A DNA stretch of 64,000 nucleotides, taken from positions 1,798,001-1,862,000 of the forward strand of contig OZ251232.1 of the NCBI GenBank assembly GCA_965240325.2, read 5' to 3'. Numbering within the stretch: the stretch's first letter is position 1; the number at the start of each line of letters is the position of its first letter. The translations under genes and the position numbers were made by a program. Shown piece by piece: positions 47,265 to 59,083 of this stretch. Origin of the DNA: Rebecca billardiae RCC1528. Lineage: Eukaryota; Protista; Haptophyta. Below the pieces are notes generated by a model. That model saw nothing but the letters and a program-made list of their open reading frames with translations. It was not told where the DNA came from and ran no database searches.

Positions 47265-48058
47265 CAGTCCCCTCAACAATTGGTTACCCTTGTGTTTGGC
47301 TGTCTATACCAGCTCCGTCACTGTTTGAGGCCCACTGCTGCATGCTATCTGTTACTGCACCTATAGCCCTCACAGACCAGGTGGGTATGAGCTGGGCGGG
47401 TGTGTGGGCTGAGTCAGTCAGATAAATTGAATGCAGGTGCACAACCGGCTGACGGGTGCTGCGCGGGGGTGCTGGACCACCACGAGGGCAGGCAGGGATG
47501 GAAATTCACCCCCTGAGCAGGCTGTGGGCTGGCTGGCTGGGAGTGTAGCAGCTGTATAGTGGGCCCTGGCGCTGCAGCTGGATGGCCTTTGATACTGCCT
47601 AGCAGCCAGCCTAGCAGTACAGTCTGGCGTGAGCAGTGCGGTTTCAGTGCGCAGGCCACGTCTCTGCGGGTGGTGGTCGGGGAATGGCCACCACAGTGCA
47701 CCAGATGCACCTAGCCTGCCAGCGGCCCACCTGCTGATTGGGTATGCCCTGTAGCACAGCACACGAGGCTCCGCCGAAAATCAGCGGCGCGCTGTGCTAC
47801 AAGCTGGGCTGAAAGGGGTGTGGGAGCCAGTCGAGAGCCTGTCGGCCACTCTCACGTCCGAGCTGGCCGGCTTCACGTGCTGCCCAGAGGAGTCCTCCAA
47901 TTGTCACCCACCCGGCTGAAGTCATGATGGGTGGGTGCAGCTCGACCGAATGGAGAGTGCTGGGGCCGCAGGTGCCCGTCATGCAAGCCTAGGCGGCCAG
48001 GAGAAGGTGTGATGTGCAGGTGTGCTCTCCATAGGGTAATTTATTGTTGAGAGGACTG
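47265..48058. mobile_element. 794-bp Tc1/mariner-type MITE, copy 1
   Basis: TIRs cagtcccctcaacaat / attgttgagaggactg match 15/16. CAGT ends; TA on the outer side. Confidence 0.85.
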
Positions 48059-51000
48059 TGCTGATTGCACGAGGAGGCGTCTCAGGGCAGCCGTGCTTTG
48101 CGGGCAGCTTGGCGATGTGTTGAACGTCTGGAATCACCGCCTGGAAGCCGGCCATCACGCGCCCCATTTTATAGAGGGCTGTTGGGGTGCCACGTGAGCA
48201 TCCACAATCGCATGCGCACGGGGGCGAGCGCACGAGCGGCCGAGTGTGGCGCACAGTCACTGCTCAGCCGGCGTGGGCTCTTTTGAGAGCCCGCTCGAGC
48301 GCGGCCTTGCCCGTGCCATGCACGCGCGCGTCACGCCGCGTCGCTTGGGGATAGGAACGCGCGCTGCTGCCACGTGCGTGACTCCTCGCCGCCAACTCGC
48401 CATCATGTTGTGCCCGCGCCGCGCGGCTCTTCAGCCAAGGATGAGCCTTTCAAAACCACTGATGACTGTTAAAGTACTGACCATGACTGTACGTATCGTA
48501 CCATTTGTAAGACCCGCCGGCGCCGGTCGGCGGGCGATGCGTCCACCCGCGGCCGGGCCGGTCCAGACCGAACGGCCGGCTCATCAGAAGCTTCCGGTGC
48601 CGACCCAGTACCTGGTAATGTAAAGAGAGCAATCAAGCCCGGCCGCCCTCGGCATCGGCACGATGGGTGAGGTTCCCGTTGGTGCAGGCGCTCGTGCCAA
48701 GGTTGGATGCAAGCACGGCAAAGTGCCCCGCCTTGAGAAGCACACGCACGTCGTGCTGACGTTCAACGGCGGCGTGGGCGAATTCACGGAAGAAGTCGAT
48801 CAACATCGGCTGTGCCACTCACGGCAGCTGGCTGCTGGCGGCTGGCGGCTGGCGGCTGGCGGCTGACGACTGGCGGCTGATCGGTCGGCTGATCGGTATG
48901 GGTGGCCCCCGTGTGGCCCAACGGCACGTTCACGCGCGCGTCGGGCTCGACGCCGCCTACACTCACGCTGAACCAGCGGCTTGGGGCGCGCTAGAGTCGA
49001 TCAACATCGGCTGTGCCACTCACGACAGCTGGCGGCTGGCGGCTGGCGGCTGACGGCTGGCGGCTGATCGGTCGGCTGATCGGTATGGGTGGCCCCCGTG
49101 CGGCCCAACGGCACGTTCACGCGCGCGTCGGGCTCGACGCCGCCTACACTCACGCTGAACCAGCGGCTTGGGGCGCGCTAGAGTCGATCAACATCGGCTG
49201 TGCCACTCACGACAGCTGGCGGCTGGCGGCTGGCGGCTGACGGCTGACGACTGGCGGCTGATCGGTCGGCTGATCGGTATGGGTGGCCCCCGTGCGGCCC
49301 AACGGCACGTTCACGCGCGCGTCGGGCTCGGCGCCGCCTCCACTCACGCTGAATCAGCGGCTTGGGGCGCGCCAGAGTCGATCAACATCGGCTGTGCCAC
49401 TCACGACAGCTGGCGGCTGGCGGCTGGCGGCTGACGACTGGCGGCTGATCGGTCGGCTGATCGCCGTATGAGCGGCCGCAGTGCGGCCCAGCGGCACGCT
49501 CACGTGCGCGTCGGGCTCGGCGCCGCCGCCACTCACGCTGAATCAGCGGCTTGGGGCGCGCCAGAGTCGATCAACATCGGCTGTGCCACTCACGACAGCT
49601 GGCGGCTGGCGGCTGGCGGCTGACGGCTGACGACTGGCGGCTGATCGGTCGGCTGATCGGTATGGGTGGCCCCCGTGCGGCCCAACGGCACGCTCACGCG
49701 CGCGTCGGGCTCGGCGCCGCCTCCACTCACGCTGAATCAGCGGCTTGGGGCGCGCTAGAGTCGATCAATATCGGCTGTGCCACTCACGACAGCTGACGGC
49801 TGGCTGCTGTGGGCTGGCGGCTGACTTATCTGGGCCCCTGCGCGGCCATCAGTGGCCTGGAGGCTGCATAGTGGCGCGTTGTGGAGCCGAACAGACTACT
49901 AGAAGACGATACAGCTACATTAGGGCGTTTGGATCGCCAGCTGCGCTCGACTTTGCAGCCCTTGCCTCGCAGCACTCAGCAGCCTCAGCAATGAGCTGTC
50001 GGCGATCTGTGCTGATTGCACGAGGAGGCGTCTCAGGGCAGCCGTGCTTTGCGGGCAGCTTGGCGATGTGTTGAACGTCTGGAATCACCGCCTGGAAGCC
50101 GGCCATCACGCGCCCCATTTTATAGAGGGCTGTTGGGGTGCCACGTGAGCATCCACAATCGCATGCGCACGGGGGCGAGCGCACGAGCGGCCGAGTGTGG
50201 CGCACAGTCACTGCTCAGCCGGCGTGGGCTCTTTTGAGAGCCCGCTCGAGCGCGGCCTTGCCCGTGCCATGCACGCGCGCGTCACGCCGCGTCGCTTGGG
50301 GATAGGAACGCGCGCTGCTGCCACGTGCGTGACTCCTCGCCGCCAACTCGCCATCATGTTGTGCCCGCGCCGCGCGGCTCTTCAGCCAAGGATGAGCCTT
50401 TCAAAACCACTGATGACTGTTAAAGTACTGACCATGACTGTACGTATCGTACCATTTGTAAGACCCGCCGGCGCCGGTCGGCGGGCGATGCGTCCACCCG
50501 CGGCCGGGCCGGTCCAGACCGAACGGCCGGCTCATCAGAAGCTTCCGGTGCCGACCCAGTACCTGGTAATGTAAAGAGAGCAATCAAGCCCGGCCGCCCT
50601 CGGCATCGGCACGATGGGTGAGGTTCCCGTTGGTGCAGGCGCTCGTGCCAAGGTTGGATGCAAGCACGGCAAAGTGCCCCGCCTTGAGAAGCACACGCAC
50701 GTCGTGCTGACGTTCAACGGCGGCGTGGGCGAATTCACGGAAGAAGTCGATCAACATCGGCTGTGCCACTCACGGCAGCTGGCTGCTGGCGGCTGGCGGC
50801 TGGCGGCTGGCGGCTGACGACTGGCGGCTGATCGGTCGGCTGATCGGTATGGGTGGCCCCCGTGTGGCCCAACGGCACGTTCACGCGCGCGTCGGGCTCG
50901 ACGCCGCCTACACTCACGCTGAACCAGCGGCTTGGGGCGCGCTAGAGTCGATCAACATCGGCTGTGCCACTCACGACAGCTGGCGGCTGGCGGCTGGCGG

Positions 51001-53908
51001 CTGACGGCTGGCGGCTGATCGGTCGGCTGATCGGTATGGGTGGCCCCCGTGCGGCCCAACGGCACGTTCACGCGCGCGTCGGGCTCGACGCCGCCTACAC
51101 TCACGCTGAACCAGCGGCTTGGGGCGCGCTAGAGTCGATCAACATCGGCTGTGCCACTCACGACAGCTGGCGGCTGGCGGCTGGCGGCTGACGGCTGACG
51201 ACTGGCGGCTGATCGGTCGGCTGATCGGTATGGGTGGCCCCCGTGCGGCCCAACGGCACGTTCACGCGCGCGTCGGGCTCGGCGCCGCCTCCACTCACGC
51301 TGAATCAGCGGCTTGGGGCGCGCCAGAGTCGATCAACATCGGCTGTGCCACTCACGACAGCTGGCGGCTGGCGGCTGGCGGCTGACGACTGGCGGCTGAT
51401 CGGTCGGCTGATCGCCGTATGAGCGGCCGCAGTGCGGCCCAGCGGCACGCTCACGTGCGCGTCGGGCTCGGCGCCGCCGCCACTCACGCTGAATCAGCGG
51501 CTTGGGGCGCGCCAGAGTCGATCAACATCGGCTGTGCCACTCACGACAGCTGGCGGCTGGCGGCTGGCGGCTGACGGCTGACGACTGGCGGCTGATCGGT
51601 CGGCTGATCGGTATGGGTGGCCCCCGTGCGGCCCAACGGCACGCTCACGCGCGCGTCGGGCTCGGCGCCGCCTCCACTCACGCTGAATCAGCGGCTTGGG
51701 GCGCGCTAGAGTCGATCAATATCGGCTGTGCCACTCACGACAGCTGACGGCTGGCTGCTGTGGGCTGGCGGCTGACTTATCTGGGCCCCTGCGCGGCCAT
51801 CAGTGGCCTGGAGGCTGCATAGTGGCGCGTTGTGGAGCCGAACAGACTACTAGAAGACGATACAGCTACATTAGGGCGTTTGGATCGCCAGCTGCGCTCG
51901 ACTTTGCAGCCCTTGCCTCGCAGCACTCAGCAGCCTCAGCAATGAGCTGTCGGCGATCTGTGCTGATTGCACGAGGAGGCGTCTCAGGGCAGCCGTGCTT
52001 TGCGGGCAGCTTGGCGATGTGTTGAACGTCTGGAATCACCGCCTGGAAGCCGGCCATCACGCGCCCCATTTTATAGAGGGCTGTTGGGGTGCCACGTGAG
52101 CATCCACAATCGCATGCGCACGGGGGCGAGCGCACGAGCGGCCGAGTGTGGCGCACAGTCACTGCTCAGCCGGCGTGGGCTCTTTTGAGAGCCCGCTCGA
52201 GCGCGGCCTTGCCCGTGCCATGCACGCGCGCGTCACGCCGCGTCGCTTGGGGATAGGAACGCGCGCTGCTGCCACGTGCGTGACTCCTCGCCGCCAACTC
52301 GCCATCATGTTGTGCCCGCGCCGCGCGGCTCTTCAGCCAAGGATGAGCCTTTCAAAACCACTGATGACTGTTAAAGTACTGACCATGACTGTACGTATCG
52401 TACCATTTGTAAGACCCGCCGGCGCCGGTCGGCGGGCGATGCGTCCACCCGCGGCCGGGCCGGTCCAGACCGAACGGCCGGCTCATCAGAAGCTTCCGGT
52501 GCCGACCCAGTACCTGGTAATGTAAAGAGAGCAATCAAGCCCGGCCGCCCTCGGCATCGGCACGATGGGTGAGGTTCCCGTTGGTGCAGGCGCTCGTGCC
52601 AAGGTTGGATGCAAGCACGGCAAAGTGCCCCGCCTTGAGAAGCACACGCACGTCGTGCTGACGTTCAACGGCGGCGTGGGCGAATTCACGGAAGAAGTCG
52701 ATCAACATCGGCTGTGCCACTCACGGCAGCTGGCTGCTGGCGGCTGGCGGCTGGCGGCTGGCGGCTGACGACTGGCGGCTGATCGGTCGGCTGATCGGTA
52801 TGGGTGGCCCCCGTGTGGCCCAACGGCACGTTCACGCGCGCGTCGGGCTCGACGCCGCCTACACTCACGCTGAACCAGCGGCTTGGGGCGCGCTAGAGTC
52901 GATCAACATCGGCTGTGCCACTCACGACAGCTGGCGGCTGGCGGCTGGCGGCTGACGGCTGGCGGCTGATCGGTCGGCTGATCGGTATGGGTGGCCCCCG
53001 TGCGGCCCAACGGCACGTTCACGCGCGCGTCGGGCTCGACGCCGCCTACACTCACGCTGAACCAGCGGCTTGGGGCGCGCTAGAGTCGATCAACATCGGC
53101 TGTGCCACTCACGACAGCTGGCGGCTGGCGGCTGGCGGCTGACGGCTGACGACTGGCGGCTGATCGGTCGGCTGATCGGTATGGGTGGCCCCCGTGCGGC
53201 CCAACGGCACGTTCACGCGCGCGTCGGGCTCGGCGCCGCCTCCACTCACGCTGAATCAGCGGCTTGGGGCGCGCCAGAGTCGATCAACATCGGCTGTGCC
53301 ACTCACGACAGCTGGCGGCTGGCGGCTGGCGGCTGACGACTGGCGGCTGATCGGTCGGCTGATCGCCGTATGAGCGGCCGCAGTGCGGCCCAGCGGCACG
53401 CTCACGTGCGCGTCGGGCTCGGCGCCGCCGCCACTCACGCTGAATCAGCGGCTTGGGGCGCGCCAGAGTCGATCAACATCGGCTGTGCCACTCACGACAG
53501 CTGGCGGCTGGCGGCTGGCGGCTGACGGCTGACGACTGGCGGCTGATCGGTCGGCTGATCGGTATGGGTGGCCCCCGTGCGGCCCAACGGCACGCTCACG
53601 CGCGCGTCGGGCTCGGCGCCGCCTCCACTCACGCTGAATCAGCGGCTTGGGGCGCGCTAGAGTCGATCAATATCGGCTGTGCCACTCACGACAGCTGACG
53701 GCTGGCTGCTGTGGGCTGGCGGCTGACTTATCTGGGCCCCTGCGCGGCCATCAGTGGCCTGGAGGCTGCATAGTGGCGCGTTGTGGAGCCGAACAGACTA
53801 CTAGAAGACGATACAGCTACATTAGGGCGTTTGGATCGCCAGCTGCGCTCGACTTTGCAGCCCTTGCCTCGCAGCACTCAGCAGCCTCAGCAATGAGCTG
53901 TCGGCGAT
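48059..53908. repeat. Three apparently identical tandem 1951-bp units (starts 48059, 50010, 51961), each containing ~5 copies of a ~190-bp repeat with a variable (ctggcgg)n tract
   Basis: Identical ORF sets are offset by 1951. gtcgatcaa(c/t)atcggc recurs at 48795, 48996, 49183, 49377, 49566 and 49760. Confidence 0.95.
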
Positions 53909-54702
53909 CAGTCCCCTCAACAATTGGTTACCCTTGTGTTTGGCTGTCTATACCAGCTCCGTCACTGTTTGAGGCCCACTGCTGCATGCTATCTGTTACT
54001 GCACCTATAGCCCTCACAGACCAGGTGGGTATGAGCTGGGCGGGTGTGTGGGCTGAGTCAGTCAGATAAATTGAATGCAGGTGCACAACCGGCTGACGGG
54101 TGCTGCGCGGGGGTGCTGGACCACCACGAGGGCAGGCAGGGATGGAAATTCACCCCCTGAGCAGGCTGTGGGCTGGCTGGCTGGGAGTGTAGCAGCTGTA
54201 TAGTGGGCCCTGGCGCTGCAGCTGGATGGCCTTTGATACTGCCTAGCAGCCAGCCTAGCAGTACAGTCTGGCGTGAGCAGTGCGGTTTCAGTGCGCAGGC
54301 CACGTCTCTGCGGGTGGTGGTCGGGGAATGGCCACCACAGTGCACCAGATGCACCTAGCCTGCCAGCGGCCCACCTGCTGATTGGGTATGCCCTGTAGCA
54401 CAGCACACGAGGCTCCGCCGAAAATCAGCGGCGCGCTGTGCTACAAGCTGGGCTGAAAGGGGTGTGGGAGCCAGTCGAGAGCCTGTCGGCCACTCTCACG
54501 TCCGAGCTGGCCGGCTTCACGTGCTGCCCAGAGGAGTCCTCCAATTGTCACCCACCCGGCTGAAGTCATGATGGGTGGGTGCAGCTCGACCGAATGGAGA
54601 GTGCTGGGGCCGCAGGTGCCCGTCATGCAAGCCTAGGCGGCCAGGAGAAGGTGTGATGTGCAGGTGTGCTCTCCATAGGGTAATTTATTGTTGAGAGGAC
54701 TG
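53909..54702. mobile_element. 794-bp Tc1/mariner-type MITE, copy 2 (direct orientation)
   Basis: Same sequence as 47265-48058, followed by TA. Confidence 0.85.
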
Positions 54703-54885
54703 TACTAGTAGCTACACGTTCGTAAGCTAGTTACTGCTGCGCCTGCTGAGTGCTGTGTCTATAGCTCATGTCTCTGCCTAGTATTTGTTCAGTCTTAATG
54801 ACAGCACTCTCACTCAGCAGACGCAGTACTGAGCACGCAGAGTCCTCGACCTCGGGCAGTAAAAGATTAAAGAGTGTCGCCTCGG

Positions 54886-56315
54886 TCACCGCCCGTCGTG
54901 CCGGACGCTTGTGTTCCAGCGCGCCTCGCCGGGCGCGAGCTGCTTGCTCCTGCGACGCGCTGGCACCGCCGGCTTGTCCGGCTGCGCCGGGTTCTTCTTG
55001 GCCACGCCTGCGCCTGCTGGCACACACCGCGGGGCATCGCGCGTGTCGGTGGCAGCGTGCGCGCGCACGCACAAATACCATCCGCGCACAGCAGGGAGCA
55101 CTCAACAGCGCGGGCGCGCGCACCGCTCTTTGTCTTGGCCAGCGGCTTGTTTTCTTTCTTGTTTGCGCCGGCAGCCGGGTGTGCGAGTGCGTTGGTTGCG
55201 AGGCGGGGCGGGACGTACGGCGCGAGCGGTACGCGCGCGGCCGGCGGCGGCTCGTCCCTCGAGCGCACTTCAAGCTGCCGCAGCGCCTGCTCCACACGAT
55301 CGTACAGAGGCTCGTCGGGCACAACACCCGCGCGCTCCACCGCCAGCTCGCGCAGCGGGCAGTGCGCGGGCGCGTGCTCGAGCGCCTCCGCGAGCATGCG
55401 CAGTCCGGCGCGACCGAGACGGTTGGAGGTGAGCGAGAGGGAGTACAGCGCGGCGACGCCGGCGGAGAGGAGTGGCACCGCGTCCGCCAGAGCGCGCGCC
55501 CCGTCGACGCCGATGTTGTTGTTGTCGAGCGCGAGCGAGCGCAGCGCGCGCGCCCACGGCAGCGCCCCCGCGATCGCGCTCGCGCCTTCATCGCCAAGAC
55601 CATTCCACGAGACATCGAGCTCGCTCACCGCGGATGCGCGCTCGAGCTCCTCGGACGTGATAAGCAGGCCCTCCGCAAGCACGCTGGCGCCCGCGGGGCC
55701 GAGCAGATTCCAGCGCAGGTCGAGCGAGCGCAGCTCGCAGCCAGCATGCGTCGCCTCCCGCAGCGCGCTCACCAGCTCGCGCGCACCCTCCGCGCTCACC
55801 TTGTTGTCCGCGAGCGAGAGGCAGCGCACGCGCATGCCCCCCTCGGCGGCGACGTCGGCGAGCAGCGCACGCACGCCCGCGTCACCTAGCTGGTTCCCGG
55901 CCAGCGAGAGCTCGCGCACCCCGTCCGCGTGCGCGAGCAGGCACGAGAGTGCCGGGCAGGCGCCGTCCACGCCAATCGCATTCTTCGAGAGGTCGAGGCG
56001 CTCGACGGTCGTGTTGGCGAGCAGCGCGGATGCGACGATCTCAACGCCTTCAGCACCCAGCCTGTTGTCTGAGAGGTCGATCTCGACGAGGCACGCGTTT
56101 GCCTGGAGGCTCGTGCCAATGGCAATGGCTGCTCTCGGGCCGAGGCCGTAGTGGCCCAGCGTGCATCGATGTGCGCCGCTCGCGAGCGCACGGGCCCAGC
56201 GGCCGACGGGCACGAGGCCGAGCGATTGGCACGTGCGTTCGTACTCCTCGACGCCCGTCTGCTCCGCCTCGGCGAGCTCCTCCTCGCCGTCCGACGACCA
56301 CGCGCCGCTCGTCAT
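54886..56315 (-). CDS. RNI-like leucine-rich repeat protein, LRRC74-like, ~437 aa, exons 56315-55124 and 55007-54886
   Basis: N-terminal YERTCQSLGLVPV...LGHYGLGPRAAIAI is typical of LRRC74. Repeated LxxLxLxxNxLG motifs. A phase-1 GTGCGC..GCGCAG intron leads to the GVAKKNP...HDGR* tail. Confidence 0.85.
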
Positions 56316-56414
56316 AACCGTGGGTCGGGCGCGACCGGGTGAGGACGGGCGGCCGGCGGCCAGATCTCAAAACGCCTCGCGGTGACCCGGACCAAGATTT
56401 TCGAACTCCGGACC

Positions 56415-59042
56415 CGGGGAACTTACAGTCAGACCGTCTGAATCGGCCCCCTCGCTCAGACCGGTCTGAGCGAGGGCCCGATTCAGACGGTTTTTGGGCC
56501 GGCCGCACTGGCGAGCGCGCTGCGGGACGCACCTCGCACTGGGGGCGGTGCACACTACACTCACGGCGCGCCGCGATGTGTTCGGGCGGTGGATGGGGCT
56601 GAATCGGCCGAGAGTTACGGTGCGATCGGCCGCGATGCGTCTGCCATCACCCAGTGAGCTCGTGCGGTGCCAGCTCGCCCTTCGCTTCGTCGCCACTCGC
56701 AATCGCACCAGTCGCGCGCGTCCATGGCTTGCCTTTCGCGCGCTGTGTTCTCGCGCAGTGTGTGCTTGGCAGCAGGGTGCTCGTGGCCGGTGGTTGCCGT
56801 CGCAGAGGATCGGAATGTGCGCAGCTACGCTACATCCCAGACACCATGTGCCCGTCCTCGTCGAGCGTTGGAGAGACACGCGTGTCGCGCATGCGCTCGC
56901 GGAAGCAGGCTGCAAAGCGGCGCGCGGGCGTGGCTGCGCGCGCATGACAAGGTGCAACACACAGCTGCCCCCGCCATGAGCACCAGCTGTGTACGCACTT
57001 CTTCCGTGTTGTCTGATCCGCCAGGCCGCCACGGTGCGGAGACTGCGCGCGTGAGACACCGACAGTCAGCGGCCACGGCTGACACGGTTGCGTGCGGCAG
57101 CAATCTGGCTCACAGCTTTCTCTCGGAAGCGATGGCCACGTCGACCGGCTGGCAACGTCGGTGCGCTCAGCGATGGCGCGACATCGCTGCCACCTACCGC
57201 TGGGGACTCCTCGCGCAATAAAGCCCTCGTTCCTCGTCGGAAGGGCGGGCGCGATCGCTCCGCGCATCGCTCACGCTGCTCGCATTGCTCACGGCCACGC
57301 TTGCGCTCACGCTCGCGACATCGGCCGCGTCACCGCCCGTGGTCGTGCTCTCGGTCACCACCGCCGTGGTGGTTTCGGGTGCTTACGTTTGACCTGGTCT
57401 ACCGTGCGCCGGCAGCCGCCAGGCGAGTGCATTGGCCTCCGGCCGGCAGGGCGGCCGTTCTCACTCTGCGAGTGCGCGCGCTGGCGCGAACTGCTTCGGC
57501 ACGCATGCCCGGCGTCCTGATTCAGACGGCGAGTGCATCTGCATCCGCCCGACACGCCGCCCACTGAGCGCCAGGCGCCGGACCGATGGTGCTGTTGCTG
57601 CAGCTGGGCAGATCAGGTGCCGAGCTTCTGACGCTGTGCACGTTGCGAAACCCATCGCCATTGCCGCACCCGTCCGCATGCGCATGGGACGGCGCTGCTT
57701 GAGGCGCTGCCGTCAGGCGCGCGGCGGGCGGCCTCCGCCCTCGGCACCGCCGCCGAAGTGCGAGACGCGGAAGCCGCAGTCTCGCCCACGTACAGCGCTG
57801 CTCTGTGCGCCGCGCGGGACACGCCCACCACGCCCGGTTGGTGCAAACTCCCGAGGCTCCGAGCGCCGACGCTGTACGTGACGAGTTGAGCCCTGCTGCA
57901 CAGCTTCTGACACGCTAAGTCTCGGACTCTGCTGCAAGCTGCTTTTAATAAAAACAAATGGCTGAATAAAAAGTTAAAAAGTGGCTGCAGCAATTCCCAT
58001 TCCACAAGTCATCTCCCCTCATAACGCTAGTACGGCTGCGTTGAGGCTACCAACACGAGCAACAGCAGTTGCTGTCTCAGCCGCAGCATCTGCAGCAGCT
58101 GCTGATCCTTGGAGCAGCACTCCCGCGACAGCGCGCCCCCGAAGGAGCTGCGAGCGCGGCTGCTCGGACGACAGTGCCTATTGCCGCCGCTCAGCCGAGC
58201 ATCGTGCCACAGCTGCCGGAGGTGCAAGGGCTGCGAGTGCTGTTGGCGAGTGCGGGTGTGCCAGTGGCAGCGATTGGGGTGACTGCCACCGGCGCTGCTG
58301 CTGTTTCATCAATCGAAGCTGCAGCAACGGCTGCATCAGAGGCTGCACGCCATGGCATGTGCCAGTGACCTGTGTGCGCCGTGGCCGCTGACTGTCGGTG
58401 TCTCACGCGCGCAGTCTCCGCACCGTGGCGGCCTGGCGGATCAGACAACACGGAAGAAGTGCGTACACAGCTGGTGCTCATGGCGGGGGCAGCTGTGTGT
58501 TGCACCTTGTCATGCGCGCGCAGCCACGCCCGCGCGCCGCTTTGCAGCCTGCTTCCGCGAGCGCATGCGCGACACGCGTGTCTCTCCAACGCTCGACGAG
58601 GACGGGCACATGGTGTCTGGGATGTAGCGTAGCTGCGCACATTCCGATCCTCTGCGACGGCAACCACCGGCCACGAGCACCCTGCTGCCAAGCACACACT
58701 GCGCGAGAACACAGCGCGCGAAAGGCAAGCCATGGACGCGCGCGACTGGTGCGATTGCGAGTGGCGACGAAGCGAAGGGCGAGCTGGCACCGCACGAGCT
58801 CACTGGGTGATGGCAGACGCATCGCGGCCGATCGCACCGTAACTCTCGGCCGATTCAGCCCCATCCACCGCCCGAACACATCGCGGCGCGCCGTGAGTGT
58901 AGTGTGCACCGCCCCCAGTGCGAGGTGCGTCCCGCAGCGCGCTCGCCAGTGGGGCCGGCCCAAAAACCGTCTGAATCGGGCCCTCGCTCAGACCGGTCTG
59001 AGCGAGGGGGCCGATTCAGACGGTCTGACTGTAAGTTCCCCG
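56415..59042. mobile_element. Non-autonomous Mutator-like (MULE/foldback) element, 2628 bp, 665-bp TIRs, 9-bp TSD
   Basis: TIRs at 56415-57079 and 58378-59042 (mirror ORFs, coordinate sum 115457). Perfect TSD ctccggacc at 56406-56414 and 59043-59051. Confidence 0.93.
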
Positions 59043-59083
59043 CTCCGGACCGGCCTGGGTTGGGCGGGAGCCGCTGCGCATGC

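Larger units (their letters stand above)
47265..54702. mobile_element. Composite transposon-like structure: MITE-(1951 bp)x3-MITE with TA at both outer ends
   Basis: Two direct copies of a 794-bp TIR element (offset 6644) enclose three units. Outer flanks are gcTA|cagt and actg|TActag. Confidence 0.75.

Noticed and set aside
48827-48880. Chi-like gctggcgg runs
   Set aside because: Simple 7-bp minisatellite in a eukaryote; no reason to invoke RecBCD.
48795-49800. CRISPR-like array
   Set aside because: Whole ~190-bp units repeat with no unique spacers, there are no cas genes, and the context is eukaryotic.
47265-54702. LTR retrotransposon/TRIM interpretation of the 794-bp direct repeats
   Set aside because: The repeats end CAGT..ACTG with 16-bp TIRs and TA flanks rather than TG..CA with a 4-6-bp TSD. 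No PBS or PPT evident.
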